64,000 nucleotides of DNA from Sarea resinae (taxonomy: Eukaryota), in the NCBI GenBank assembly GCA_026026165.1, contig JAPEUD010000023.1, positions 1 through 64,000 of the forward strand, in the 5' to 3' direction. Shown one piece after another: positions 1-14,029 of the stretch. The translations under genes and the position numbers were made by a program. Under the pieces are notes generated by a model that did no database searches, was not told the origin of the DNA, and saw nothing but the letters and a program-made list of their open reading frames with translations. Every line of letters starts with the position of its first letter. The first letter of the stretch is position 1.

Positions 1-3000
1 ATGCTAGCATGTTTAGTTAAGCTACAAGCGTATTAGCATCTGATTCCACTGTAAATTCTTAGCTGTACAAATAGACTTGTACTTTCTTTAACGCTTTAAG
101 TAGTCCTTAGCATTCTCGCTTCCTAGCATTATACTTTGTCTCGGCATTATTCTACAGACCACTTTCAAACTAGATAGAGTGTCGCTTTCTAGTATGTAGG
201 TTGATTTGCATTAGCACTGCTCTCTAACCTAATAAGCTTGTGTTAACAGCTAGGATTATCTCTCCTCCTTCTAGTCTATAGACTATTGTAACAAGCGCAG
301 GTGCAGAAGTTAGAGCGTACTTTAGCTAGTCTATAGCGAAAATCTAGTCTTGTCTCTAGGTAAAATTAACATCCTTCTTAAATAGGATAAATATTAGTCT
401 AGCTATGATTGCAAAGTCCTTGATAAAGATTTAATAATAGACGCAAATTCTAATAAAGGCCTAGGCTTCTGTAACGTTCTTACATTCTAGCCATTCGACA
501 ATTTTTAAGACCTTAGTGCTGTTAAGATGCCTGCTGTCTAAGTCGCATACATATCTGACTATTTTTATGCCACCTATGCTGAACTGTGACTTTTTTCTAG
601 AAACTATGCATCCTAACCGCTTGATATTAACAAGGACCTTGTCTAGTGCCTGAATATGTTCCGCTATAAAGCGCCTTATGCTAGGTAGGATCTCTTTATT
701 GTTGTAATTTGTCTTTAGCCCTTTTACACTAATATTGTCAAGGAACAGCCTAGCTAGTCTTAGTATATAGTCGGCTAAGATTTTAGTAACAATCCTTACA
801 AACTGTGCTACTAAGTTAGTTGCCCCTTGTAGTAAGGTAGTCTAATGTAGCAAGCTGAGTAGTGTTATAAACGCAGTCAAATCTTAGCAATGCTCTGCTA
901 ACTCGATTTAGTTGTATCTAGAGAAGAAATCAATTAAGGAGGCCACCTGCATTCTTGCAAATTCCTTAGAAAACTCCTCTACTAATAGTAGGAGGTTTGT
1001 ATCTTATATTATGACCTTATTAATTGCTATTGCTGCATTTACTATGCGATACTTTCTGGATTTCTTCTTCACTAGGAACTAGGGGTTTTAGTAAGGCCTA
1101 TAGCAGGGTTTAAGGAGACTATTCTTAAGCCTTTCTTAAAGCATCTCGATAATTGTTTTAGTTAGTGCCTGCAGAACTAAGAAGCTGCTCGCCTGCTATG
1201 CCTTATGTAGAATAGTTTAGATCTCTTACAGAGGCGCAACCTTAGGACAAACCCTTCTAATTTCTAAGAACTCCTATGCTAGTGCCTTTTCGCAGTTATA
1301 AAGCATAGCAGTCAGCATCTCCTTTTCTTAGTCAGTTATATTATCGCTAACAATTATCTTTCCTAGTCGCTCTAAGGTGAGTCTTATTCCTTGTAGAAGG
1401 TCTAAAAACTTCTTAATTAATAGGGCGTCGAAATCCTAAGCTTCCTAGCCTAACTTGTCTCCTCTAGGCTTCTTTAGCTCGTCCTAATCAGCTTCCTCCG
1501 CGGCCTTTTTCTAATCCCTTGCTCCTCCTAGCGTGCTCCTATCTGAGGTTGACTAATCGACTAGTTTCACCTTCACCTCTTTCTTCTTATATAGCGTTTC
1601 TACACGAACAGAGTCTTTCCTAGGTCCTAGATTGAACTTAGGATCTAGCATTCTTTTTAATATCTAGAATGTCTTCTCTTCTGTCACCTTTAGCGCCTAG
1701 AATTGTCTGATTAGGCTCTTTAACTTCTAGTTAGTCTAGGAGTTTATGTCTAAACTTTGCGATATCTGCGCTGCCTTATCTATTTGCAATACACTTTCTA
1801 TTAAGTCTTCTTCTATGTTTTTCCTAACTAGTCTTATAGGCGCTACAGACACCTGCTTAAGGTAGTGCCTGCCACCTAGTTTTTTAAGTATTTAGAGAAC
1901 ACGTCGTTATACGCATAGTTAGAAGTGCTCTTAATCTAAGCAGCGCTAAACATTCTTGACTTCTTCTAGTCCTTAGAGAAGACAGTGCACATTGTTGTCC
2001 TATCTTCTCTAACCTCTGTTCTTATCTAGGATGCAATCTAGTACAGCTGTCTAAGAATAAGCAGTTGATTAGAATAATTAGCGATAAAGATTAGCACCTG
2101 CGTAGTAATCCCTCTGATTTCAACTTTAACTGCCTTAGCACATCCTACAAACGCTGCTAGTTTTCTATTAATACTAACTATTGTAGTAGCTGGATTTAGA
2201 GTCTAGCTTATACTAACTTCTTAAGCTATCTTAAGACTTATCAAACAGATTTTAGCTCTACTATCTAAGAGGGCTCTAGTTTGTAAGCTCTCTTCTATGC
2301 TTACATCTGCTATTATACAGCCTGCTACATACAGCATATCCTTCACTCGATCCTAATCCTAATAACTTAGCGTTAACACCTTCCTAACTATTACTAGTCT
2401 TTAAGAGGTATTCCTTTTTAGGTCCTATAACTTGTTTTCCTTACTTCTAGACAGCGATTAATATGTTGCTTTAATCTAGTCTTCTGCTAGCTGTTTGAAG
2501 AAAACCTTTTAGACATCTAAAGAACATCCTAAGAGCTCTTAAACAGTTACATGTGCTAGCAGTTGATTAAGGATCCTTCTAACTAGTCCTATAGGATTTG
2601 ATTCTTCTTTTAGCATGTCTAATAGTTGCCTTTGCCTTTGCTTCTTATTTGATGCTTAATCTATTTCTATCTCCTCTAGGACTTTAAACTTTACCTCTTT
2701 TAAAGTCCTAGACAGTCTAGATGTTTGTCGATCTTTGTCTGTCCTTATATATATAACATCTCTCTCCTCTATATACTAGTTTCTCTAATAGGTTCCTAGG
2801 CAGATGTTCTTTGCAGCTAGGAGTTTGTCTTCTTTCTTAATCCTCTGTTTCTATACTCTACTCTAAGGGTTAAGAACCTTCCTACTTTAAGTAGGGTCTA
2901 ATCTGTGTCTTAAAATCTTCTCTAGTTAACGTGCTGCCTAAACTAAGGCAGATTTTTCACTGTCTTCTACCTCCTTATTAGTATTATTAGCTTGCAAGTC

Positions 3001-4880
3001 CTTTGCACTAATAGAGGCGATGCGAATAGAGTTGACTCTGATTTCTTGTTTGCGCTAATTGTACTACTTCTTATATTCTTGCTCAGCAAACACAGCGCAA
3101 TATTCTCCTCTAGGAATCCTTAATTCAGGTCCGCTGCTTTCTTTAGGTCCTAGGCACATTCTGTTTCGCTTGTTAAAGTGGATTTTAGAATAGGCAAGTA
3201 ACTATCTAATTATAGGGCAATTAGCAACGCTATAGTCAGTTCTTCTACATCCCTAACATCCTAGCATAGGCAATTCGCTATTGTTCCTAGCTGAGGCTAC
3301 TGCAGCACTAGGTGCTAGTCAAGCATTTGCTAATCTATTCTATGCTGCGCCTTAGTTCTACAATACAGGTAGAGAGGCAAGCAGCTTAGCTGTTGTCATT
3401 GCATTCTTATTTGCTACTTTAACTAGTAGGATAAGATTTGCAAGCTAGGTAGTAATATCCTTAATAGCCTTGTTAGTCTTAGCAGTAGTTGTTGCCTGAG
3501 TTAGCTTAGAAGTTACTAGCAGCTTAAGCAGTTTAGCAGAGTCAGTCTTTAGGACTAGCTTCTAGTTCTTAATTAACAGTTGTATAGTCTTTGTTAGTTC
3601 CTTTTCATTGAGTTTTTAAAGAGCGCAGATAGATTCGCATTATTTAATAGCTAGGTTGTATACTTTCTTAAAGTCTAGGTTAGCGATGCTGTACTTATTA
3701 AGGTTAATATGTCCCTAAGAAATAACTTTTGCTTGCATAGTCTCTAGAAGACCTTGTAGAAACTAGAGGAGGTAAGAGTATCTATTAAGTTTATTCTTCT
3801 AGATAAGACTGTAGGAGATGCTTATAAATTAGCAGCAGTAATAGCGAATTTCCTTAGCTGTCTTCTAGGCTCTAGTTCTGTTCTTTAATGCTTTAAGATA
3901 GGTATAGGAGTTGATCTGTTGTTCTACATCTTAATCAGCGTATTCCCTTAGCAAGGATTTCTTGAATTCTTCCTAGTTAGTTTTGAATTCCGGCATAGTC
4001 TTAATGTTCCTAGCCACAATGCTCTTATAGTAGCGTGGCAGCCTCTTAAATGCTTCTTTAAGGCTAAGCTAGTAGTCTATACATATTCCTTTATATCGCT
4101 TAAGGAATTTAGTAGCATTAACTCTAGTGAAGTAGGGCATGCTATAACTTCTAGGAGAAGGCATAGGCTGTAAGTATCAAAGGCTAGAAGACCCTATAGT
4201 GCTTTCTCCTAGCAGAGTAGACACTGCTAGAGTTAATCCTACAACAGGACTTGCGTTTGAGTTAGTAGATAAGGCAGATATAGCAGTGATAATAGCTGGT
4301 GTAATAATTCTTATAGTTTCTTAAACGATCTAAAGGACAAGCTTTTTCAATATACAGTAGCAACTTTTTCTTCTTATCCTCTTCTCCTCTTAGGAAGTCT
4401 CTCTCTCTGCACTCTGCTGTCGCTGTTTTTTCGTGTCGTTTTGTTAGGGGTACCCCTTTACCTTAGAGGGGTTTGTGTAAGAACTCTGCTTACTTGTTTG
4501 CTAATGACAGCGAAAAACTCGTCTAATCTGTTGACATTGCATTATGTCGTTCAGCTTCTTATTTAGTTATAGAGTTAAGTTCTACAATAAGTCTAGGTTG
4601 TTGTGTAACTATTAGACTGTCTAGAAGTTTGCTAAGAGCGCAATCTCTAATCTAAATCTAAAGCACTCCTTCTCTAATTTACAAGGTCTCTAGCAGCCCT
4701 GTCTGAATAGCTTTGACTGATCTAATCTGTTTAGCAGTTAATAGTATTAATGTCTTATCTTCCTCACTAATATATCACTCTTTCTAATTCAACGTGCTGT
4801 TTCAATCCACATCGTTATGCGCTTAGTAGTATCGCACTTGACTGTGTAAATGCAAACAGTTTAAGCCCTACGTAGGTCAC
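1..4880 (-). mobile_element. Ty3/Gypsy LTR retrotransposon gag-pol relic, RIP-inactivated; continues past the window start
   Basis: Minus-strand motifs in Gypsy order. Gag knuckle C*GCRRTDYSVANC (CX2CX4HX4C) at 3217-3258. Protease ALLDSRAKI (ALLDSGAEI) at 2248-2274. RT SLIDFFSRYN*IE at 902-940, LLQGATN at ~817-837 and FLDNI (FLDDI) at 731-745. RT/RNase H connection LKYALTSAPALV at ~290-326. Confidence 0.92.
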
Positions 4881-4883
4881 TAA

Positions 4884-5286
4884 TGTAGAGAGACAAAATA
4901 GACGCACTAAATTAGTGCTAAAGCAGAACACCTAGACAGTCCTAATAACTCCTTACATAGTCGATAAGATAGCTATAACAACTACTTAACAACCTACTAC
5001 TAAGGCATAATCAGTGGAATAGCACAAAGCAGAGGGATTAGAAGGTGACTGCTTCTCTAGGAAGGAAGTAGTAAGAGAACTCTTAATTAATTGATTTAAC
5101 TAAAGAATAAAGAACTGCCTTGCGCTTAAAAGCTGCCTGAAAAACTAAACATAACTAAACTAACAAACTTCTCTAAATTTGATCCTAACCTCTTAATGTA
5201 ACACTATCCTCCTTAAACTACATGCCCTAAGAACAATGCACGTGATTTGCTGACTAATCCTAACCGAACCATTCTGACCTATAACA
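4884..5286 (-). mobile_element. 5' LTR of the Gypsy element (~400 bp)
   Basis: TG...CA termini. On the minus strand it is followed by T-TAGTGACCTACG, which reads as a RIP-altered TGGTGACC primer-binding site. No second LTR in the window to confirm the boundaries. Confidence 0.6.
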
Positions 5287-6693
5287 GCGTGCTATCTTAG
5301 ATAACAAAACTCTGCCTATAAGTATATATATAAGGGATCTCTTCTTTAAACGCGTCTACTATAATCTTTAGATCAATCTTATTTATAGGTTGTCTACTTC
5401 TATGCTGTAGGAAAAAGCAGTCTAATTTCTCTTATGCGCTAGAGGCAATCTATATTGTACACTAAATGTTTATAGCAGCTAAAGATACAGACTAGTAGGA
5501 AAATAGCTCCTATTTTTCCTTAGGAGTACTAAGTACAAGTAATAGTCGCTTTGTTATGCTATAAGTAGCATAGATTGTGTCGTTCTAAATAGTATGCTCC
5601 TAATCCTTATACTCCTATATTTAGTAGTATTAAGCCTACGCTAGCTGTTTTACAGCTAAGTCTTAATCTAACTAAGGTCTCTATCTTTCCTATAGCGTCG
5701 CCCTTATCTGCTGTAGCTGTTTCCTATAGCTATTAATAGCAGAGCAGTTTAAACAGCTATTCTCTTAGACTTTACTAAGCGCTTGCCTTATAAGATTCTA
5801 GCCGCGTTCTAGACCTCTACCTTTGTATATAATCCTAGGCTATAGGGCTTGCTTATAGTCTAGCAGAGCTTTGTCTGCTGCGATAGCTTGTTATATAGTT
5901 AGAGAAACAAGTGTTAAGTCTTTAATAATATGACTAGGAATCCTAGCCCTATAGAAGACTAAGATTTATGCGTGTGTATAAGGTGAATGCACCTAATAAG
6001 ATATGTGTTAGTGATTAACATCTATAGCACTGAAACGTGTACATAGTAGAGGACATGTACGTAAAATTAAAGTGGCTTATAGATACTAAGGTATAGTATC
6101 TATATAGGAACTACCTTAGGTAGATAGGTAAGGTAGGTAGAATAAGAGAGGCAAATGTTTCTACTATCTTTTGCAATGCTTACCTCTAGGTAATATAGCA
6201 AGTAGTTAGAAGTATAGAAGCAACTTTTTACATGTTCTAAACATAGTTTTTGCAATATAGAAACTTGTAAGTACTTAAGATATATAAAGGATAGATCTAA
6301 TTAGGTAGCTAACCTTACTCTATAAAACTAGTAGGGCAAACTACCTAACCTAAGTAGGTACTTATAGAGCTGTTTCAATGTTCTAACACGTGATTTTCAC
6401 TACTACTAAGGTAGGTAGGTACAGGTAGAGTTAATTAGCCACTTTCTATTAACTTCTAATCTTACACCCTATTACAACTAATTGCTTTCATTACCTAACC
6501 TTACTAATCACGTCTTATAAGCAGACACATTAGCTTAAATAGCTTAATCCTTGCTAAATCAGTTCCTAATATTAGGTTGTAAGGCTAAGGAGGATGCGTT
6601 AGACCTCCTTAACAAATATCTACCTATCTAAAGTTTGTTATTATAAGTGTTGCATTTAAAAGCAGATTAACATAAGCTTATAGCTATACAGGT

Positions 6694-8430
6694 ATAGCTT
6701 ATTATGCTAGGCGAACTAACTAACAGGCGTTTAATTCCGATCTACTAGAGGACTCTAATAAATCTAATAGCAATACAGAGTTAATACTAGCCTCTCTACT
6801 TAGCTAATTAGCGAACCGCTAAATTACAAGTTAAATAGCAAGTCAGACTTAAAATATCTAGGCAAAGTTTAACAACAACTAGGCAAAGTCTAGCAATAGC
6901 TAGACAAAGTCTAATAACAGCTAGATAAAGTCTAATAACAGCTAGACAAAGTCTAATAACAGCTAGGCAAAGTCTAATAACAGCTAGGCAAAGTCTAATA
7001 ACAGCTAATCCTCTTATAGAACAGCTTCTATAAGGACTCTCTTATAGACACTAGAGGTGAGTTCTTAGCAATGTAGGATATATATACTATGCTAACATCT
7101 TATATAGTACAACAGCTAACTATATAGTAACAGCAAAAACATTCTTTCACAGGTTAATTATAGAAAGCGAGATCGCTATTTAAAGGTATTATTAATACTG
7201 CTTTCTATTTTCTTATCTGCTAACATATGTTAGAGTATACTAGACAAAGACTATGCTAGGCACTCTAATATTAGAATTAGCAAGGAGAATCTACACAAAC
7301 AAGCTAAGATCACTCTACAAGCTAATAAGTAGAGTCCTTTAAGTTTAAAAAGGACTAGTCTGCTACAGGCTAATAAGAAACAGCTGCTATATAGTAGTGC
7401 TAACTTAAACAACTCGCCACTATCTAATAAGAAACAACTGCAACATAGTAGTGCTAGCCTAACAGATTTGTCTTATAATTACTAGAAAGAAGTTTAGCGC
7501 TCTAAAGGAATTAAGCTGTCACTAGAGAGAGAGGATACTGTCTATTAAGACTCCTTTAATATAACATCTTAAAACAAAAGAGAAGTGCTTACTTAGATTA
7601 AGTATTAGACAAGGCTTATCTTCCTCTAGGACTTAAGAAATCAACAATTTAACAACGCTATTCAGCTTAAATTCTATAGGATTAGCAAGACTCACAAGGC
7701 ATATATTACTGCTAAACAGAAAGTTTTAAACAATATAAAAACTTAGAAGTAGCAGACAACAAAGAACGTAGGTGTAGGTTTTACATATCTAAAGTGTGTA
7801 TATATCTCTAATAACGTGTATAGAAATAGGTGCAAGCCTATATAGAGAAAGATAAACTATGCAATAGAGACCTTTATATAATAACAGACTTTAAGCACCT
7901 TAAGCTTAAATTAAACAAGCAATTTAAGTCTTATTAGTTGTTAGAAGTCTACTAATTTGCTAGGAAAGTTGTTGATTAGGATAAGTGCATATCTGCTAGG
8001 CGCAAGTAGCTCTAATGTAAGTTCCTAATTAATGTGCCTATGTTAGTCCTACCTAAGGAAATATCTAATACTATTTCTACAGACACTTTCTTATAGCTTA
8101 TAACCTATGCAAAGTTGACAGCTAACCTAGAAGCAGACCCCTTAGATATCTCTTTGTAGAAATACACTTATAAGCATATATTAGAGATATATAAGGCTCT
8201 AAAAGATCACGCTAACTTCTAAGCCCTAACTATTAAGGATTTTACTAAGAAGAAACCTACGCCTCTTATACAAGGAAAAAGAAAGTGTCAAACTAATATA
8301 GACCTAAATGTAGACTCTAACTATAAAGTTCTTAAAGAATTATCTAGCGATAATAGAGACTTAGCCTAGGAAGAGAGATCTTTATAGGATCTACTAAGAT
8401 ACTAGAAGCCTTATACAGTATTGTATAAGT
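6694..8430 (+). pseudogene. RIP-degraded multi-exon gene relic of unknown function (probable transposon accessory gene)
   Basis: Intron-shaped segments at 7057-7107 (GTGAGT..GCTAAC..TAG), 7186-7233, ~7769-7823 and 8017-8082. Contains an in-frame 7-codon repeat. Boundaries approximate. Confidence 0.6.
6859..7005 (+). repeat. 21-bp tandem repeat, 7 copies (TAGRCAAAGTCTAATAACAGC)
   Basis: Directly visible. In frame with the relic ORF; would encode a QAKS(D/N)(D/N)(S/G)-type repeat before RIP. Confidence 0.9.
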
Positions 8431-8860
8431 AGCTATCTATAAGATATCTCTATGTCTATAAAGAGATATAATAACAAGAGTTTATAGCTATTACTTAGGT
8501 AATAAGAGGATTTATTTGCTTTACTAGCTTAATTGTTCTATTATAGTTATACTACCCTTTTATCTGCAATATGTTTTAACTATCTCTTATCACTAACAAG
8601 TTATGCTAGTAGGAATATTACCTATATACTTATTATATAGATAGTGTCTTCTTTTACTAAAGAGCAGTTAACTGCTAAGGTTTGCAGAACTAGCTAATTC
8701 ACTATTAATCTAATAACATAACCTGCTTTGCCTTACAACATTAGAACTATTCACTTTTATATCTCTAAGGCAATAATTATTATTGTCTATTCACTACAGC
8801 CTAGATAGTTCTTTTTATGCATACAAATATCTCTCTACTTGTATTACTTTATATATATCA

Positions 8861-8980
8861 CTTATCTGCGACCTTAACTATCTACAGCCTTAATTATCTG
8901 CAACCTATCTACAGCCTTTATTATCTACAACCTTAATTATCTACAACCTTAGTAGTCTACAACCTTAATAATCTAGGACC
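8861..8980. repeat. Degenerate ~16-bp tandem repeat (TTAATTATCTACAACC-like), about 8 copies
   Basis: Directly visible between the two gene relics. Confidence 0.75.
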
Positions 8981-9342
8981 TAATTAACTCTAATCATTAG
9001 CTATCTACTATCCTAATCCTACTTGTCTTGCTCTTAAGCTATTAAACCTAACTTCTCTACCTATAACAACTTAGCACTAGTAAGGAAGATAGTAAGCTAT
9101 CTTACTAATTGTTATATCCTTTGTTTATTGCTTACTTATATTCTACCTTAGAAATAGGATCAATTAAACTAACTGTTAAGAGTTTATATCTTACTACACA
9201 CTTAAGGTTAAGGACTAATTAAGCTTACTACCTCTAATACATCTTTAACTATTACCTTATTAGATTAATCTTTACTTATTAATCTATTAAAATTATAAGT
9301 CTACAGACTATACTCTATACAGTTCGCTGCATTTCTACTTAT

Positions 9343-11700
9343 ATAGCAAACAGCGTTATTGTGTAACAATGCCCTAATAAGAGAAACTAAAGCTTAAGCT
9401 AGCTCTAAAGCTTAAGATAGCTCTACTTCTGCCTTATTATCTACGTTTAGCCCTATAAGGTCATTACATATCACAGCTACTTTACAGACAGCAAACGCAT
9501 AACTAGTACAAGCCACTTCTAGCCTAAGATAAGTACAAGTTGTAACCCTAGGATCTGCGTCTACAAGTCTAGCATTAGTTATAAGAAGTCCTAAGTCAGC
9601 GTCTACTTTAGTAAGGTTAGTATATAGGCCTACTTGTCTAAGGTTAGCGTCTGCTTCTACAAGGTCAATACATACTACAACTGTTTTATAGCTAGTTCTC
9701 TTAGAACATACCTCTCTACGCTATAGACAACTAGCTTATATATAGCTATAGTCTGTATAATTAACAGCCCTCTCTCTAATACAAGCAAGCAATAGATTCT
9801 AACTATATAGACAGGCAACAGATTCTTTGCAAAAGCCTATACAGATAGTAAGCGCTAGTCTAAAGTCAGCTAACATAGGTTCTAGGTTAAGACTAGTCTA
9901 AGTAGTACAGCAATCTAGTACTCTAATCACAACCTAGGCTAAACCCTAATAGTAGGCAACTAGATAAGCACAAGCTATATGTTACTACTAGAGAAGAAGA
10001 AACAAGTCTATCTAAAATAAGTGATATAGCAGACAATAAGATAAACAGAGACTAGAAACTAAAACAGCGCCTAACTATGCCTAATATAAAACAACAGCTA
10101 GTAAAGCTAAACTAAGGCAAGGTTAGGACCCTTATTAAGGACTGTCTTGCTCTGTAAAAAGGCACACTAAAAGACTATTAAAAGGCAAGCGCAGACGTGT
10201 TTGTTTGCTAAGATATAAGCAAATTCTTTATCTCTTAGAAGCTTATTAATATAAAAGAGGTAATAGTAGCAGACAGATTCTTACTAGTAGGCAGCTAGGC
10301 TATTAGGATAGTAATCTACAATGTTATAACAAGGCTAATAGATAATACATAGAATTGCTATTATAGATATACCTAAGATGTTAAGATATATAGGGCTAGG
10401 TTAATCCTTTACCTTAACAAATATCTATATATAGTAAAGAGTGTCTTTAAAGAGCATAAAAGTCTTATTAAATCTTAGGGACAGATAGTTAATGCATGTT
10501 TGTCTAACTAGTAGAAAGCTATTAACTAGCTTATCTAAGAGTATATAGTCTAAGCTAGGAGAGAAGTAGAGGGTATCTTATATTCTAAAGGTCTAGACAA
10601 CTACTACTAAACAAATTCTGCGATAATAATAATAGCTGCAAATGCAGTAGATAGGCTGTCTAGTGTAAGTCCTTGTATTAATATAATCTATAATTAGTAT
10701 AGATAGCTAACAAAGTATAGGACGACTTATCTAATATTAGTAAGAGTGATAGGAACTTAGATATGTTAAGTAATAAGGATCTACTATATAATTGTATATT
10801 AGACTTAGACGTATCACACTCTAAGACAGCACGCTTACAAGCACAGGCTAAAGCATATAGGAATAAAATCTATGTGATATTAACTAAGTATTGCCTTATT
10901 AAACTACTACACTAGCCTATACAGCAACATACTTTAAGACATATTATCTTAGAGTCTTCTCTTATTAACTACAAAGAACTTTAATTCTCTAACCTATTAG
11001 CTCTAGTTAGACACTATCTAAAATACAAGGTTAATATCTACAGCCTAGTTACCTATAGCCTGATTTCCTACAGCCTAATTATATACAACCTAACTACACA
11101 CAACCTAATTGCTTAGAGCTTAATTGCTTAGGGCTAATATATCTCTTATATATAGGATAATATAGAGCAGTCAACTTATTATAGAGCATTTCCTAAACTA
11201 TTACCTAAGCTAAGGCAGATAAGAACTCCTAGATATACACCTATCTTTAATCCTTCTCTATAGTTAAACTCTTAGGCAGGTTTGCTTCTATATACATATA
11301 AATAAGGACTGCAACTTATAGTTAGTTTAGAAGACATTAAGAGGCCTTAATAGGATTCTATCTTATTAGCTAAGTTGTATACTCTTAAGACCCTTAAGAA
11401 GAGTAGGACTCTATCTAAGTTAACATGTCTATCTGCTGCTAAATCTAATAAATATGTTACAACTCTTATAAGCCTTACAAAGTAGTAGAAGCAAAAGAGT
11501 TTGCTAGAAGCTAATGTTAGCAGCGTATAACGTTCTAACTAGTCAAACAAATCAACTAAGTAGGTAAAATTAAAGATATATAAAACAGTAAATACTAACT
11601 TTATTAGATATATAAAGGAGTAAGCGACCTAGCAGAGTCTAACAGCATTAATATAGAAGGATACTATATTAATATAGGAGGATACAGACATATTAAGGGT
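9343..11700 (+). pseudogene. Second RIP-degraded intron-containing gene relic of unknown function
   Basis: Long frame at ~10250-10660 broken only by TAG/TAA. Introns at 10665-10720 (GTAAGT..GCTAAC..TAG) and 11564-11607. 15-bp (5-codon) repeats at ~11040-11130. Boundaries approximate. Confidence 0.5.
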
Positions 11701-12109
11701 CTAGAGTAGGTAGCCTAACAATAGATTAGAATATAGAACTCTAGTATATATAGCAAAGGGTATTCCTAAGCTGTAGAGATAGGATATTAGACAGGTTAGA
11801 GAGAGAGAGTAAGTAGTAGGATAGGTTAGAACACAAGTGATTTAGGACACAATAGATTAGCATACATATAGCAGACAATTATACTTAGCTAGGAATTAAT
11901 CTAGCATTAGTTAAAGGCTTTAGAGCAAGGTATAGGTGTATTAGTAGATTAGTAAGTGGTTAGTATTCTACACAAAACTAAAAAAAGGAAACTGTTAACT
12001 TTAAAGCTTTGCTTTAATATAGATTTAAATCTTCTAGTAAAACTAGAACAATTTGTCTTATATAGTTTTAACAGCTAGATGTTCTACTATATCTATAAGT
12101 AGTAATGTC

Positions 12110-12670
12110 TTAATCCTATAGTCCTAGGTGTTAACACTATAGTCCTTAGTGTTAACACAGTTTTAGCCTAGTGTTAATACTATATTAACATGTTATACAG
12201 TGTCAACATTACTACTACTAGTATTAACACTATAGTCCTTAGTGTTAACACAGTTTCAGCCTAGTGTTAATACTATATTAACACATTATACAGTGTTAAC
12301 ACTATAAGGCTTAGTGTTAACACAGTTTTAGCCTAGTGTTAATACTATATCAACACGTTATACAGTGTTAACACTACTGCTACTAGTATTAACACTATAG
12401 TCCTTAGTGTTGATATAGTTTTAGCTTAGTATTAACACTGTGTTAAGACGTTGTATAGTATCAACACTATAGGGCTTAGTGTTGACACAGTTTTAGCCTA
12501 GTGTTAATACTGTGTCAACACCTAGTATAGTGTTAACACTAGGGTTCTAGTCTAACACATGTGGTTTTAACACAGTGTTATATCTGAACACAGTGTTAAA
12601 ACTGTGTTAATACTAATACATATTTACAACATTGTGTTGACACAGTATTAACACTGTGTTCAGATATACT
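12110..12670. repeat. Array of short palindromes (core GTGTYRACAC) with higher-order tandem units; putative subterminal repeats of a DNA transposon
   Basis: Many copies of gtgttaacac/gtgtcaacac/gtgttgacac inside recurring units such as AGTGTTAACACAGTTTTAGCCTAGTGTTAATACTAT. Confidence 0.8.
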
Positions 12671-12679
12671 AGGTAGGCA

Positions 12680-13403
12680 CCTAAGTAAGTCTTTAGACTT
12701 AACACTAAGCTTTGCATTATTCTCTAGCCTTTTTAGAGCGCTTTCCTCTATATGTCCTAGCCTTTTATACTATATATCTAGGCTGTTATCCTCTATAGTG
12801 CTATTTAGCACTATAGGTATAGCCTTAGTCTAAAAGACACTAAGCTTATTAGTATAGGTCTCTTTAGCAGTGATACTACCTCTATTGTCTAGGATAAGGA
12901 CATTTTTAGGGCTAAAGTTGACTTTATAGCCCTTATTTATGATTGCCTCTAGGGATAGCAGGTTTACACTAAAGTTAGGAATGTATAGGACGTCTCTAAT
13001 ATTTACTATCTGATTTGTTAGAGTAAATATTAGCTTAGAGTCCTCTATGCCTGTTGCTATAGTAGAACTACTAGTGTTACCCCACTTTGTAGTAGTGTTA
13101 TAGGGTCTAAGGTTGTTAAAGAGTTCCTTCCTATAGCAGATATGTGTTGTTGCACCTGAGTTAAGAATCTAATCTGTAACAGTGCTGTTTGACTCGGATT
13201 TTACACAGCTATAGGAAGCTTTAGGTGTAACAGTGCCTTTTTATAGCTTAGCAGCAGTACCTTCTAGGACTGTGCTTATAACAGTGCATTCTGTCACTGA
13301 TTTAGGACAGCTATAGGAGTTTAAGCTTGTAACAGTGCGTTTTTGCACTGATTTAGAGCAGCTATAGGAATTAGAGCTTGTAGCTATAAAGCTCTTTTCC
13401 TCT
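12680..13403 (-). mobile_element. Ty1/Copia retrotransposon fragment (gag end, protease, pre-integrase), RIP-inactivated
   Basis: Minus-strand *ILNSGATTHIC (WILDSGATTHIC) at 13136-13171, DVLYIPNFSVNLLS at 12953-12994 and *YKRLGHI (WHKRLGHI) at 12749-12772. A 51-bp in-frame repeat lies at ~13176-13380. Confidence 0.88.
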
Positions 13404-13934
13404 TGTTAGAATTATAACCTTAATTCTAGTCACTCTTAAGTATCTAGACTGTTACAGAATGTCACATAACAGTATAGATACATCTAGAAGCTTCTATAGA
13501 CCTATAGAAGCTAATAGAACTCTATAAGAACTTTATAGAATCTTATAGAACATTCTAGAAGATTTTATAGCTATGCTAACTAAGTATCACTATATGCTGA
13601 CTAAGCATCTAGACTGTTCTAGAACCCTCTAGAATGTTCTAGAACTATCTAGAAGTCTATAGAATCCCTTAGATATCTATAATACTCTATAATATAAGGG
13701 TTACACAACTATCTCCTAACTTTCTTACAAACTATATATTATTGTTAGCCTATTGCTTACAAATCACTTATGTAATTAGTTATTACTAGAAGTTTCTAGT
13801 AAGTCAGTTAAGTCTATATATTAACTGCCTTACACCTCTATAGCTAGAATCTCTAAGTTTATAATACATAATTATTCTATACTATACTTCTTTAGCACCT
13901 TCCTCTACTTATATCTTTGTGCTACCTTCTAACA
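13404..13934 (+). mobile_element. LTR-like element (~530 bp), solo or remnant
   Basis: Ends are TGTTAGAA...TTCTAACA (8-bp terminal inverted repeat). Partial copies occur at 14830-15134 and 15185-15255. No matching TSD seen. Orientation is arbitrary. Confidence 0.7.
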
Positions 13935-14029
13935 ATAATAACATGTGCTTTGTAAGAAAGTCAAGAGATAGTTACTACTTAAGTGTCTACTCTATATATC
14001 CTAACACTGTATTATTACAGTATTAATAG

